Shown here piece by piece: positions 6,907-15,926 of a DNA stretch of 32,846 nucleotides. Origin of the DNA: Candidatus Woesearchaeota archaeon (GTDB lineage: Archaea > Nanobdellota > Nanobdellia > Woesearchaeales > JAHJEM01); NCBI GenBank assembly GCA_016929855.1, contig JAFGHY010000005.1, forward strand, positions 1 through 32,846, written 5' to 3'. The translations under genes and the position numbers were made by a program. Numbering within the stretch: position 1 is the stretch's first letter; each line of letters starts with the position of its first letter. Under the pieces are notes generated by a model. That model had not been told where the DNA came from and did no database searches. It saw only the letters and a list, made by a program, of their open reading frames with translations.

Positions 6907-8352
6907 ATGGCACAAATCCAAGTTGATAAGATTGAGAATGATGTTTTTGAAGTCAAGAAGCACGGGAACATGAACGTACCTTTGCGTATCTTTGCCAGTG
7001 AAAAACTTCTGAAGAAGATGCAGGAGGATTCAAGCATCCAGCAGGGCGTCAATGTTGCAGGAATGCCCGGCATCCAGAAGTATTCCATAATGCTCAGTGA
7101 CGCTCATATCGGCTATGGCTTCAGTATTGGAGGGGTGGCTGCTTTTGACAGTGAAACAGGCTGCATTACTCCTGGAGGTATTGGTTTTGACATAAACTGC
7201 GGTGTCCGTCTCCTGACGACGAACTTGACTGAAAAGCAGGTTAGACCGAAGCTCAAGCAGCTTTTGGATGTGCTTTTCAGGAATATTCCTCCTGGTGTGG
7301 GGGGAGAGAGCCTGTTCAAGCTTTCAGATGAGGAGTTGGATGATGTTCTCACGAACGGGATGAAGTGGGCTTTGAAGAAAGGTTATGCAAGGCAGAAGGA
7401 CCTTGATCATTGCGAAGAGAAAGGCACCATGCCAGGAGCAGATTCTCGCAAGGTAAGCCCAAGAGCCAAATCAAGAGGAAGAAAGCAATTGGGGACTTTG
7501 GGTGCCGGAAATCATTTTCTTGAAGTTCAGACTGTAGGGCAGATAATAAACAAGCAGGCTGCAGATAAGATGGGCATCACCAGGCAAGGACAGGTGTTGG
7601 TAATGATACACACTGGTTCCAGGGGTTTGGGCCATCAGGTCTGCAGTGATTATCTTAGGCGTATGGAGGATACTTATCCTGAGATAATGGAGAAGCTTCC
7701 TGAAAAGGACCTTATTTACGCGCCGATCAAGTCTGAGCTTGGCAAAGACTATTATGGTGCGATGTGCGCTGCAGCGAATTTTGCCTGGACAAACAGGCAG
7801 ATAATAACTCATCAGATCAGGAAAAGTTTCCACGAAGTTTTCGGCGAGTTCTGCACCCCCGAAGATATTGGAATGGTCTATGATGTCGCCCACAATATTG
7901 CAAAGCTGGAAGAGCACGATGTTTCAGGCAAGATGAAAAAGGTTTACACTCACAGAAAAGGCGCTACTCGCGCGTTCCCTCCAGGTCATCCTGCAATCCC
8001 TGAAGATTACAAGGATATCGGACAACCCGTGATGATTCCTGGAAGCATGGGAACTGCAAGTTACATCCTGGTCGGCACGCAGAAAGCCATGAAATTGACG
8101 TTCGGCAGTTCTGTTCACGGTGCAGGAAGAGTAATGAGCAGGATGAAAGCCAAGCAGGAATTTCGGGGTGAGGATGTTAAACAGGAGCTTGAGAAGCGTG
8201 ATATTCTTATCAAGGCTGCAACGATGAAGGGCATCAGTGAAGAGGCACCGAAAGTTTACAAGGATGTGGATGAAGTCGTCAAAGTCAGCCATGATCTTGG
8301 CATAAGCAGGCTTGTCGCAAAACTGCTTCCTATTGGCGTTGTAAAAGGATAG
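6907..8352 (+). CDS. rtcB: RtcB 3'-phosphate/5'-OH RNA ligase (tRNA-splicing ligase)
   Basis: DAHIGYGFSIGGV, GFDINCGVR, LGTLGAGNHFLE, HTGSRGLG, HNIAK, HRKGATRA, PGSMG, HGAGR, EEAP..YKDV, terminal VKG. Start set at ATG 6907. Confidence 0.97.
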   Translation: MAQIQVDKIENDVFEVKKHGNMNVPLRIFASEKLLKKMQEDSSIQQGVNVAGMPGIQKYSIMLSDAHIGYGFSIGGVAAFDSETGCITPGGIGFDINCGVRLLTTNLTEKQVRPKLKQLLDVLFRNIPPGVGGESLFKLSDEELDDVLTNGMKWALKKGYARQKDLDHCEEKGTMPGADSRKVSPRAKSRGRKQLGTLGAGNHFLEVQTVGQIINKQAADKMGITRQGQVLVMIHTGSRGLGHQVCSDYLRRMEDTYPEIMEKLPEKDLIYAPIKSELGKDYYGAMCAAANFAWTNRQIITHQIRKSFHEVFGEFCTPEDIGMVYDVAHNIAKLEEHDVSGKMKKVYTHRKGATRAFPPGHPAIPEDYKDIGQPVMIPGSMGTASYILVGTQKAMKLTFGSSVHGAGRVMSRMKAKQEFRGEDVKQELEKRDILIKAATMKGISEEAPKVYKDVDEVVKVSHDLGISRLVAKLLPIGVVKG

Positions 8353-8394
8353 AAAATGTACGACTGAATTTTTAGAAACACTATCTTTCAACAA

Positions 8395-9492
8395 TTACTT
8401 CTTCTTTCTTACGCTAACTGATCTTCCTGTTTGCTTGTGGTGACTTTTATTTATTGACATACCTTGGGACATCATTACAATCCCGACAATGATTATTACC
8501 ACTACCACAATGAACAGGATAACACCAAGTGCATTTCCTTCTTCTTCATATGCTGTTTCATCCTCTTGAGTGGTCTGCTCTGCCTCATAAGGTGCATCAT
8601 CCAATTCAGCTTGAGTATCTTGCTGTTGCTCTGATATGATTTCGGAGTCTTCCTGGGTTTGCTCCTGAATTTGATTCGAGTCTTCTTCAGGTTCGTCTTT
8701 TTCTTCCTGGTCTTCAGCAGTATTGTCAGCAGTGGCTTTTGCTCCCATGTAAGTGAATTCTATTACTGCATTTCTTCCTTTCACTTGCTTGAACTTCATC
8801 TGCGTATCCAGCTGGCCGTCGAAGTCCACATCGATATTCACTGCTCTTCCTTCTTCGAGTTCTTTTGTCGCGCGGTCGTTCTCATCAGCATATCCTAGAA
8901 TTGCCCTTTCTCCCCAAGTCCTAAGCTCAAGAATCTCAATGTCAAACTCTCTTTCTTTGGCTCTCTTGCCAAGATATTCCAGGTGCGGATTGATTATTGT
9001 TATTATGTCATTTACAAGGATTTCTTCCAAAAGCACCGGCATCTGACTTGGCTGTTGGTACCAGTTGAAACTGTACCTCAGACCGCTTGACCCAAGCCCA
9101 TCCCCTGTTATTACAACTTCTGACTTTCCTGTGGCCTCAATTGCCTCTAATGTAATAGTGTATTGGTCAGCTTCGTAAATTGTGCCATCAGTGCCGTAAC
9201 ACCTTACAGTCCATTGGTGTTCTCCTGCCGCCACGGGTACTTTAAAAACAACGTCCGAAGTTTGAGGATTGCCATAAGTTTTTGCAGTTACATTATCAAT
9301 TAGCAGGGAACAGTTTTTGAGGCTTGGGGCCTGATTGAATGAGAATTGAAATCCGATTTCACCTGCATCGCCTACGTAATTGTCGCCCGGACTGTGCAGT
9401 TCAATGTCCGCTGCAGCCAGTTGCACAAAAAACAGTGTCAGCAGGATTTGCGCCAGGACTATTGCTATTATTTTCATACTCTTAAATTTCAT
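8395..9492 (-). CDS. Secreted, C-terminally membrane-anchored surface protein (Ig-like N domain, acidic linker)
   Basis: N-terminal signal peptide, beta-rich NCSLLID...HQWTVRC segment, E/Q/D-rich linker, C-terminal TM followed by a basic tail. Confidence 0.8.
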   Translation of the reverse strand: MKFKSMKIIAIVLAQILLTLFFVQLAAADIELHSPGDNYVGDAGEIGFQFSFNQAPSLKNCSLLIDNVTAKTYGNPQTSDVVFKVPVAAGEHQWTVRCYGTDGTIYEADQYTITLEAIEATGKSEVVITGDGLGSSGLRYSFNWYQQPSQMPVLLEEILVNDIITIINPHLEYLGKRAKEREFDIEILELRTWGERAILGYADENDRATKELEEGRAVNIDVDFDGQLDTQMKFKQVKGRNAVIEFTYMGAKATADNTAEDQEEKDEPEEDSNQIQEQTQEDSEIISEQQQDTQAELDDAPYEAEQTTQEDETAYEEEGNALGVILFIVVVVIIIVGIVMMSQGMSINKSHHKQTGRSVSVRKKK

Positions 9493-9667
9493 ATTATTGA
9501 CCTTACTCTTGACCTAATTAATCGGATATATAAATTTTTGTGTGTTTTCACTCAATATTCAATGAATAATTAGGCAAAATTTATAAAAAATACTCACAGT
9601 ATAGCAATTCAGCGTATAGGAATGTGGCAGTTTCACAATATGTTTCTATACCTTACGAGGTCTTGAG

Positions 9668-10111
9668 GTGAGATTTCAAAGAGGACAAGTGTCTGTTGAG
9701 CACATGATTACCATAGCTATAGCAATATTCATCCTGATACCCGGTACTGCGCTGTTCTACAGTTATGCAAAGTCTTCTAATGAAGAAGTGACGCAAAAAC
9801 AGTTGACCAGGATCGGCAATGAGATAGTCAATACTGCGGAATTGGTCAGTGCTTTGGGCGAGAACAGCAGGGTTGTCCTGAAAGTCAGCGTGCCTAATAG
9901 CGTGCAGAACCTCACTATTGACCAGAGTGAAGGAACTGAGATTGTCTTCAATTACACCACGTTTTCAGGCAATAATGAGATGATGTTCTATACTTTTGTG
10001 AACATAACTAGCATCTACGAGCCGAGCATCACTGACGAATTCCATACCGGTCTTGTATTGATTGCTTTCGAGAATATTGGTGATGAAGTGAGGATTACTG
10101 AGCAAAGATGA
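9668..10111 (+). CDS. Archaeal type IV pilin-like protein (class III signal peptide)
   Basis: RG|QVSVE followed by a hydrophobic helix. Confidence 0.85.
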   Translation: MRFQRGQVSVEHMITIAIAIFILIPGTALFYSYAKSSNEEVTQKQLTRIGNEIVNTAELVSALGENSRVVLKVSVPNSVQNLTIDQSEGTEIVFNYTTFSGNNEMMFYTFVNITSIYEPSITDEFHTGLVLIAFENIGDEVRITEQR

Positions 10112-11796
10112 AAATGTCAAAGTATGCCCAATCAAGCCTGGAATTCATTATCCTAGTAGGATTCATGACATTGTTGTTCATGGTATTCTTTTCTGTAGTG
10201 CAGGAGAGTATGGGCAAGGCAAGGGAAGAGCGTGTTGAACGAAAGATGGCTGAGTTGACGGATTTGGTGCACCAAGAAATCAGGAATGCTGATAGAGTTC
10301 ATTCAGGCTATATACGTGTTTTCTACCTGCCTGATACTATTGAGGGCAATCATTATGATATCAGCGTGAATTACAACAAGGAATTGGTGCTTGATTCTCA
10401 AGGGAAGCAGCATGTTGTTTTTCTCGACAGTCCCGTCTATGGGAATCTCACCAAGGGCAGGAACATCATTGCTACTGACAGGGGCAGGGTCTACTTGAAT
10501 ACTGGTCCTGCGCCTGATCTCACGATTGTTGTGGACGGCAATATTAGTGAGTGGGATGTTTTGGGGATACTTCCTCTGGAGGATAACAGCGAAACAACTA
10601 ACTGGTATGAGGATGGTCAAGGTGATTCTGTTTTTGCAGGCGACAATTACAATGAATTGCGCAATGTTTACGTGACGAATGATAATGATTTTCTTTACTT
10701 GAAAATTGATTTTTCGAACTCGAGTAGCAATCTTTTTGACAACGATAATTACATCGGACAGTTGAGCAGGTATGACCTCATAGTTGGTATTGACATTGAC
10801 AGCGACAATGCCACTGGCTATTCTGGAAGATCAGAAAGTCCTGGTGTCGACAATGCTATTCCCCTGGAAGGTATGGAATATTTTTTCCTTGATGATACTG
10901 GCACACTATCCAAGAAAAGGACTGATGCAATAAAGCATAATGCCACAGTATGGGACGAACCAGGTCTTTACGAGATTTGGACGACAGACAGTACTGTTGA
11001 GAGGACGAGAGACTTGGATGATTATGACCTGCAGGATTTGGTTCTTGTTTCATCCGTCGGCAAATCTGAGCATAACGTGCAGTTCAACAAGAAGTCTTCG
11101 AACCTGAACATTCTTCCAATATACGACGGCAATGAGACATGCTTCTTCCTGCCAGTGCACAGCAGGATCAACATCACTGCAGTTGGGTTCGGACTCAATG
11201 ACACCTTGACCGATGCTAGAATATTCCTGCGAACCACTAGTGATTACTTGGCTGTAGGACCGGGAAATTCAATCAGGGGATCTGAGTACTGTGACTTTGA
11301 CATGACTTTGAGCTATGAGAATTTTTCCTACTGCAACATAACTCCATTCCTTGTCAGGGATTCTGATATCACCAGTCATGGTTTCTTTGTGTGCATCAAC
11401 ACGTTGATGGACATGGATAATGCTAATGGCATTTTTGGTGTCAGGTATAACGCGTCAGAACCTAATACTGACGAGGTCCTTACGCATCCTTTGGTGGTTT
11501 GGAATAACCCAGGAACTGGCTTTGTGAGGATTCCTCCAACGTCTGGTGTGGTGAATCTTGCTTTTGGATATAACTTTGAGTCAGAGATAAGTCAAGTAGG
11601 CTTTTTTGCAGATTATCCTGACCCCGAGTATAACGGGCAATTCACTGAAATCGGAATTCCTATCGATGTCATGAACCTTAACAGGGGTGATAGGATAAGG
11701 ATTGCAGTTGAAGGAAAAGACTATCAGAATTATGATATCTATCCTTCTGAGGATAATCTTTTTTCCGGCAATGGCAGTAGTTATGTCATTGAATAA
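10108..11796 (+). CDS. Pilin-like protein with long C-terminal extension including a CBM9/DOMON-like domain
   Basis: KYA|QSSLE class III signal; IVVDGNISEWD, VTNDNDFLYLKIDF, IDIDSDNATGY, EIGIP motifs; ATGA overlap with the upstream pilin. Confidence 0.75.
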   Translation: MKMSKYAQSSLEFIILVGFMTLLFMVFFSVVQESMGKAREERVERKMAELTDLVHQEIRNADRVHSGYIRVFYLPDTIEGNHYDISVNYNKELVLDSQGKQHVVFLDSPVYGNLTKGRNIIATDRGRVYLNTGPAPDLTIVVDGNISEWDVLGILPLEDNSETTNWYEDGQGDSVFAGDNYNELRNVYVTNDNDFLYLKIDFSNSSSNLFDNDNYIGQLSRYDLIVGIDIDSDNATGYSGRSESPGVDNAIPLEGMEYFFLDDTGTLSKKRTDAIKHNATVWDEPGLYEIWTTDSTVERTRDLDDYDLQDLVLVSSVGKSEHNVQFNKKSSNLNILPIYDGNETCFFLPVHSRINITAVGFGLNDTLTDARIFLRTTSDYLAVGPGNSIRGSEYCDFDMTLSYENFSYCNITPFLVRDSDITSHGFFVCINTLMDMDNANGIFGVRYNASEPNTDEVLTHPLVVWNNPGTGFVRIPPTSGVVNLAFGYNFESEISQVGFFADYPDPEYNGQFTEIGIPIDVMNLNRGDRIRIAVEGKDYQNYDIYPSEDNLFSGNGSSYVIE

Positions 11797-11867
11797 GAAT
11801 TATTTAATTATTCAAAAATTATTTTCATTATTTAAAAGATATCAAAAAGTCGTCTCTGGCGGAACAG

Positions 11868-12413
11868 TCAGTCTCTCAGTACCTTGTAGCTTTCATCACT
11901 GCAGTCGATGACTTTGCTTGGCGTGTCAAGTGTTACGTCCTCTTCTACTATCAGGTCCACTTGCGACATTATATGAAATGAGATATCATCAATGGTCTTT
12001 GGCTGCTGCTCGTTGTGGCGGTTGGCACTTGTCGTTATTAGTGGCTTTCCATATTGTCTTATCACGTTCTTTATCCAATGGTCAGGTATCCGCACCCCGA
12101 TTTTCATGTTGCTTGTCACACTCATTCCAACAGCATTCATGTTCTTTAATGGCAGTACTATGGTGTATGGTCCTGGAAGTTTTTGGAGCCACTCTCTTGC
12201 ATCATCATTCAACACGCAATTTTTTTCTATCCATTCCATTGATGGTACTATCACAGAAAAGTTGTTTGTTGTCTTTTTTAGTGTCCGAATTCTTTCTATA
12301 AGATTGTCATTTGTGGCATCGCATCCTATCCCCCAGAGCGTATCTGTCGGATAAACCACAATCTTGTTTTGGAAGTCCTCTGGTTGGAGAGTGTAAATGT
12401 TCTTTACTATCAT
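11868..12413 (-). CDS. tsaC: L-threonylcarbamoyladenylate synthase (YrdC/TsaC-type, no Sua5 C-domain)
   Basis: VYPTDTLWGIGCDA, PGPYT, GVRIP, TTSAN, PSKVID. Start moved to ATG 12413. Confidence 0.92.
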   Translation of the reverse strand: MIVKNIYTLQPEDFQNKIVVYPTDTLWGIGCDATNDNLIERIRTLKKTTNNFSVIVPSMEWIEKNCVLNDDAREWLQKLPGPYTIVLPLKNMNAVGMSVTSNMKIGVRIPDHWIKNVIRQYGKPLITTSANRHNEQQPKTIDDISFHIMSQVDLIVEEDVTLDTPSKVIDCSDESYKVLRD

Positions 12414-12629
12414 GTCTGACAGGATAAATTTGCAGAATAAAAAACTAACGGAATGATTTTTGAGAGAAAACCGGTTTTTCTGCAGAACCACAACCTTTAT
12501 AAAAAACCTCTTAACGCAATAAGAAAGTGTGATTTTTGTGTTAGTATATTGGTATTATATGCACAAAATATGCATAAAAACAGCATTTTAGAGAGTTACG
12601 TTGACAGAGCACTTATGACAGGTGAGAAA

Positions 12630-13373
12630 TTGAGAAAAATTGCTATTATCAATCAGAAGGGCGGTGTTGGTAAGACCACGACAACGATCAACCTGGCTGC
12701 AGGGCTTGCAAAAAGGGATTTCAAGGTCCTTATACTTGACTTGGACCCTCAGGGCAACATTTCAACCAGCCTTTGCGTGAAATCAGAAAAGAACATGTAT
12801 CATATTCTTGTGGACGATGTTAATCCTAAAGAGTGCATAGTGAATGTTCAGGAGAACATTGATGTGATCACTTCTGACCAGAGCCTTGAGAAGGCTGAGA
12901 TGATTCTTGCTGGCGAGACTTCCAGGGAGACTGTTCTGAGGCGGGTCATGGATGGCGTCAACAATTACGATTTTGTGATATTGGACTGTCCGCCTAGCTT
13001 GGGCCTGCTGAACCAGAACGCACTGCTTTATGCCCGAGAGGCTTTCATCCCTGCAAGCACGGACTTTCTGGGTATTAATGCTTTGAAAAAGATGCAAATT
13101 GCTATTGAGGCGTTAAACGATATTTTCAACCACAAGATATTCATCAGCGCAGTCATACCCACAATGTATGACCGGAGGAACAAGACTTGCATTGAACACT
13201 ACAATGAACTGCAGAGAGGCTACAGCGACGTTCTCACAAATCCCATAAGGGTCAACAGCAAGTTGAAGGAAGCGCCGTCTCAAGGAAAATCAATTTTTGA
13301 TTACGCGAACAGCAGCCGTGGTGCAAAGGATTATGAGAAGCTTGTGGAGATAATCATAGATGAGGGTGAGTAG
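12630..13373 (+). CDS. parA: ParA/Soj family ATPase
   Basis: Deviant Walker A NQKGGVGKTTT, DLDPQGN, DCPPSLG, PTMYD, L.EAPS.GK. Likely TTG start at 12630 behind AGGTGA (alternative ATG 12615). Confidence 0.93.
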   Translation: MRKIAIINQKGGVGKTTTTINLAAGLAKRDFKVLILDLDPQGNISTSLCVKSEKNMYHILVDDVNPKECIVNVQENIDVITSDQSLEKAEMILAGETSRETVLRRVMDGVNNYDFVILDCPPSLGLLNQNALLYAREAFIPASTDFLGINALKKMQIAIEALNDIFNHKIFISAVIPTMYDRRNKTCIEHYNELQRGYSDVLTNPIRVNSKLKEAPSQGKSIFDYANSSRGAKDYEKLVEIIIDEGE

Positions 13374-14367
13374 TTGAGTTTTCCAGCTCTTTTCTAGCGG
13401 CTTCGTATACTCTCATGTTGTAAAGCTCGTTTTCAACATCCCTGACAAACGCGTCCTGTTTTGCTTTGACTAGAGAGTCAAGTGTATTCTGGAGCTCCGC
13501 CTCCACCGTGCTTCTTGAGATTTTTTTGCCGAGCCTTTCTTGGAGCTTGAGTGACGTGGCAACACGGTTGATGTCCCTTGCAGACAGCATTCTGTATTCG
13601 GTGCCTGACAATTGGTCCATGAGAGCCTGTTCCTCTAGATAATCCTTGACTTTTGTGCCTTCCAGCTGGTGTGACAGCAGCTGCACGAATTGTTCAGGTG
13701 TTACAGGTCCTTTCCAGAATACAGGTCTGCATCTGGAGAGCACTGCATGGTCGAACTTTTCTATGTAGTTCGTGGTGAAGATACACGCGTAATTACCTCG
13801 ATAGTCCGGAGGCTGCATTCCATGGAGTGCTGCAGTTATGACTCTGGAGTCTTCTTCATTTGACATTGCAGTCCTTCTTGAGAATACTGTGTCTGCATCA
13901 TCACCCAGTATCAAGCCAGTACCTTGCGGGTCTTTCATGTAGGAGAATATCTTTTCTAGGTTCTTTGTTGAATCGCTGTACATGTGGGTCCTGAAGCCAT
14001 TGTCTAGCCAGATTACCCGCGAGTCTGCTCTGCGGTTCCTGATATAATCTTCTGCTGCAGACAATATCATGGTCTTGCCTCCTCCTGGAGGCCCGTATAC
14101 CACAATGTTTGGAGGGTTCGCGTAACGATCCAGGATTGGATTGGTCTGCGCTTGAGGGTCGTACTGAAGTAGTGTGTCACAAACTTCCTGAATCTTAAGC
14201 AACTGGGCGTGCGATCCAATGATGTTCTTGAACTCTTTAGGTACTTTGTCTTTCAGAGCAACCGCTGAAGTGGTTCTTGCAGTTGTTCCCTTAGTGATTC
14301 CTGCAGTCATGTGTACAGGATCTTGCTCAGTGCCCTGATTAGAGTGCATTTGTTGGGATGCTTCCAA
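13354..14367 (-). CDS. Divergent classic-clade AAA ATPase
   Basis: Walker A GPPGGGKT, pore-loop region THMYSDSTKNLEKIF, Walker B LILGDD, second region of homology TTN..EKFDHAVLSR; AGGTGA SD overlapping the upstream stop. Confidence 0.85.
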   Translation of the reverse strand: MEASQQMHSNQGTEQDPVHMTAGITKGTTARTTSAVALKDKVPKEFKNIIGSHAQLLKIQEVCDTLLQYDPQAQTNPILDRYANPPNIVVYGPPGGGKTMILSAAEDYIRNRRADSRVIWLDNGFRTHMYSDSTKNLEKIFSYMKDPQGTGLILGDDADTVFSRRTAMSNEEDSRVITAALHGMQPPDYRGNYACIFTTNYIEKFDHAVLSRCRPVFWKGPVTPEQFVQLLSHQLEGTKVKDYLEEQALMDQLSGTEYRMLSARDINRVATSLKLQERLGKKISRSTVEAELQNTLDSLVKAKQDAFVRDVENELYNMRVYEAARKELENSTTHPHL

Positions 14368-14377
14368 TCATATCACC

Positions 14378-15613
14378 TTAGTGCATGCCATCGCGCTCGT
14401 CCCATGACTTCTTGATTCTGGCCAATCTTTCTTTTGCCTGGGCAAAAGTGTCCTTGCCTTTGAATTGCTCTGCCTGTTTTGAGCTTTCGTCAGCTACCTG
14501 CTGTGCTATGGAATCGTACGTCAGACTTTGTCCTGCTATCCTCTGCTTTTTTCCTTCGATGACTTCAGAGAGGTTTGATATTATTCCTGCATAGTCTACT
14601 GTAGTTCCTCCGACTGCCTGCCTCAATTGTTCAAGAGTTGAGATTGAGTTGTTTGTTGATTCATGGACTTCTATGAGGTTGTAGAGGAATCTTGCGTCTG
14701 ACACTTGTGTCGTGACTGCCTGTATATCCTGCATCATTGATTTTTCTATGGCTTCAAGCGCCACAAGACCCCTGTCATTCACTGCTACGCTGTTCACTGC
14801 TTCTGTCATCTGGAGTTCAAGCTGGTGTTTCCTGTCTTCAAGCTCTTGCCTTTGGTCTGAGAGTTTTGGAAGCATAAAATTCTTTGACGGATCGTCTTTT
14901 ATCTGCCTCATGTCATGCTCGTACGCCTGGATTCTTGCCAGTGTCTGCTGGTACTCATCGTCTATAAGGTCTGTTGCAGCAAACGCAGTGGCTCTTTGGT
15001 TCCTGTAATCCCTTATTTTGTTTCTCAATTTTGTGAGCTCCCTGTTTTCTGATTTCAGGTAGTCATCTGTCGCGTGCATGATTGTGCTTATTCCTTCTTT
15101 GTAATTGTTTATCACCGTGTGTTCAAGGTCGATTTCAAGCTCTTCAGCATGCCTGCTCTCGAGAGCCTGCAAGATGGGGTTTCTCAAGCCGGCAACCCTT
15201 GCAAGATTATAAGCAATCTTTTCTGAGGTGCTGGTGTGCACTACATTAACTGGAATGTTTACTGGCCGATCAGATGTTCTGCTGTCAAGGTCCAGTCTTG
15301 AAAAATCCTGGCGCGTGTAGTCTGTCATCTCATAAAAGTGCTTGGACTCTGTTGTTCTGGGTGATTGAGGTGTCTTCAATGAAGCCTTTGCGAGTTGCCT
15401 GTCGAACTCTGAAAGGTCTCTAAGACCTGCAGTGTATTGTGGTGTCTGGTATGATGCATGATGTGATGCATGATGTGATGCTCGGGATGATGACTGTGCT
15501 TCTGATGCGTTCAGGATGTCTTTCAGTCTTGTGCTTTGTCCGGGTTGTTCTGGGTTCAGCTCTGTAATTCCGTTGTTTGCTTGATTGATTATTGATTCAT
15601 ATCCCTTTTCCAT
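14378..15613 (-). CDS. Long coiled-coil protein with disordered N-terminus (hypothetical)
   Basis: Heptad-like helical region from ~aa 140 to the end, no TM. Start set at ATG 15613 behind GAGGTGA. Confidence 0.8.
   Translation of the reverse strand: MEKGYESIINQANNGITELNPEQPGQSTRLKDILNASEAQSSSRASHHASHHASYQTPQYTAGLRDLSEFDRQLAKASLKTPQSPRTTESKHFYEMTDYTRQDFSRLDLDSRTSDRPVNIPVNVVHTSTSEKIAYNLARVAGLRNPILQALESRHAEELEIDLEHTVINNYKEGISTIMHATDDYLKSENRELTKLRNKIRDYRNQRATAFAATDLIDDEYQQTLARIQAYEHDMRQIKDDPSKNFMLPKLSDQRQELEDRKHQLELQMTEAVNSVAVNDRGLVALEAIEKSMMQDIQAVTTQVSDARFLYNLIEVHESTNNSISTLEQLRQAVGGTTVDYAGIISNLSEVIEGKKQRIAGQSLTYDSIAQQVADESSKQAEQFKGKDTFAQAKERLARIKKSWDERDGMH
15452..15481. repeat. 12-bp in-frame tandem repeat (2.5 copies) encoding ASHH-ASHH-AS
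   Basis: tgatgcatgatg x2 + tgatgc. Confidence 0.85.
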
Positions 15614-15926
15614 AGGATTCACCTCATACAAGCAGAAGATAAAGGATTAAATCTAGATTTCTTGGTCTTGGTCGCAAAATCAATGCTTCAAATCGAATAT
15701 TAATCCACTTCCTAGAATTATTTTTATTCTATGCAGTCATTGACAGAAAAACATCAAATAACACAAAATAATTTCGACAATATTTGCAACTTGATAAAAT
15801 ATTTTTCGGAAAAAATTTAAATTATTAAAAAAATTTCTCACAAATAAAAAAAAAATTCAATTACTGCGTTGTATTTTCAAGATTTCTTGCCAAACTCACT
15901 TTTTATTTGCTTCATATCAGTTATTC

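Noticed and set aside
12465-12578. Near-palindrome agaaaaccggtttttct and an imperfect 11-bp direct repeat upstream of parA as a parS/centromere
   Set aside because: Short, AT-rich, only one or two copies; no ParB nearby.
2892-12629. Long N-terminal extensions in the ORF track (starts 3020, 4338, 6886, 12491, 12453)
   Set aside because: They run through promoter or intergenic sequence; family motifs and TATA/SD positions point to downstream starts.
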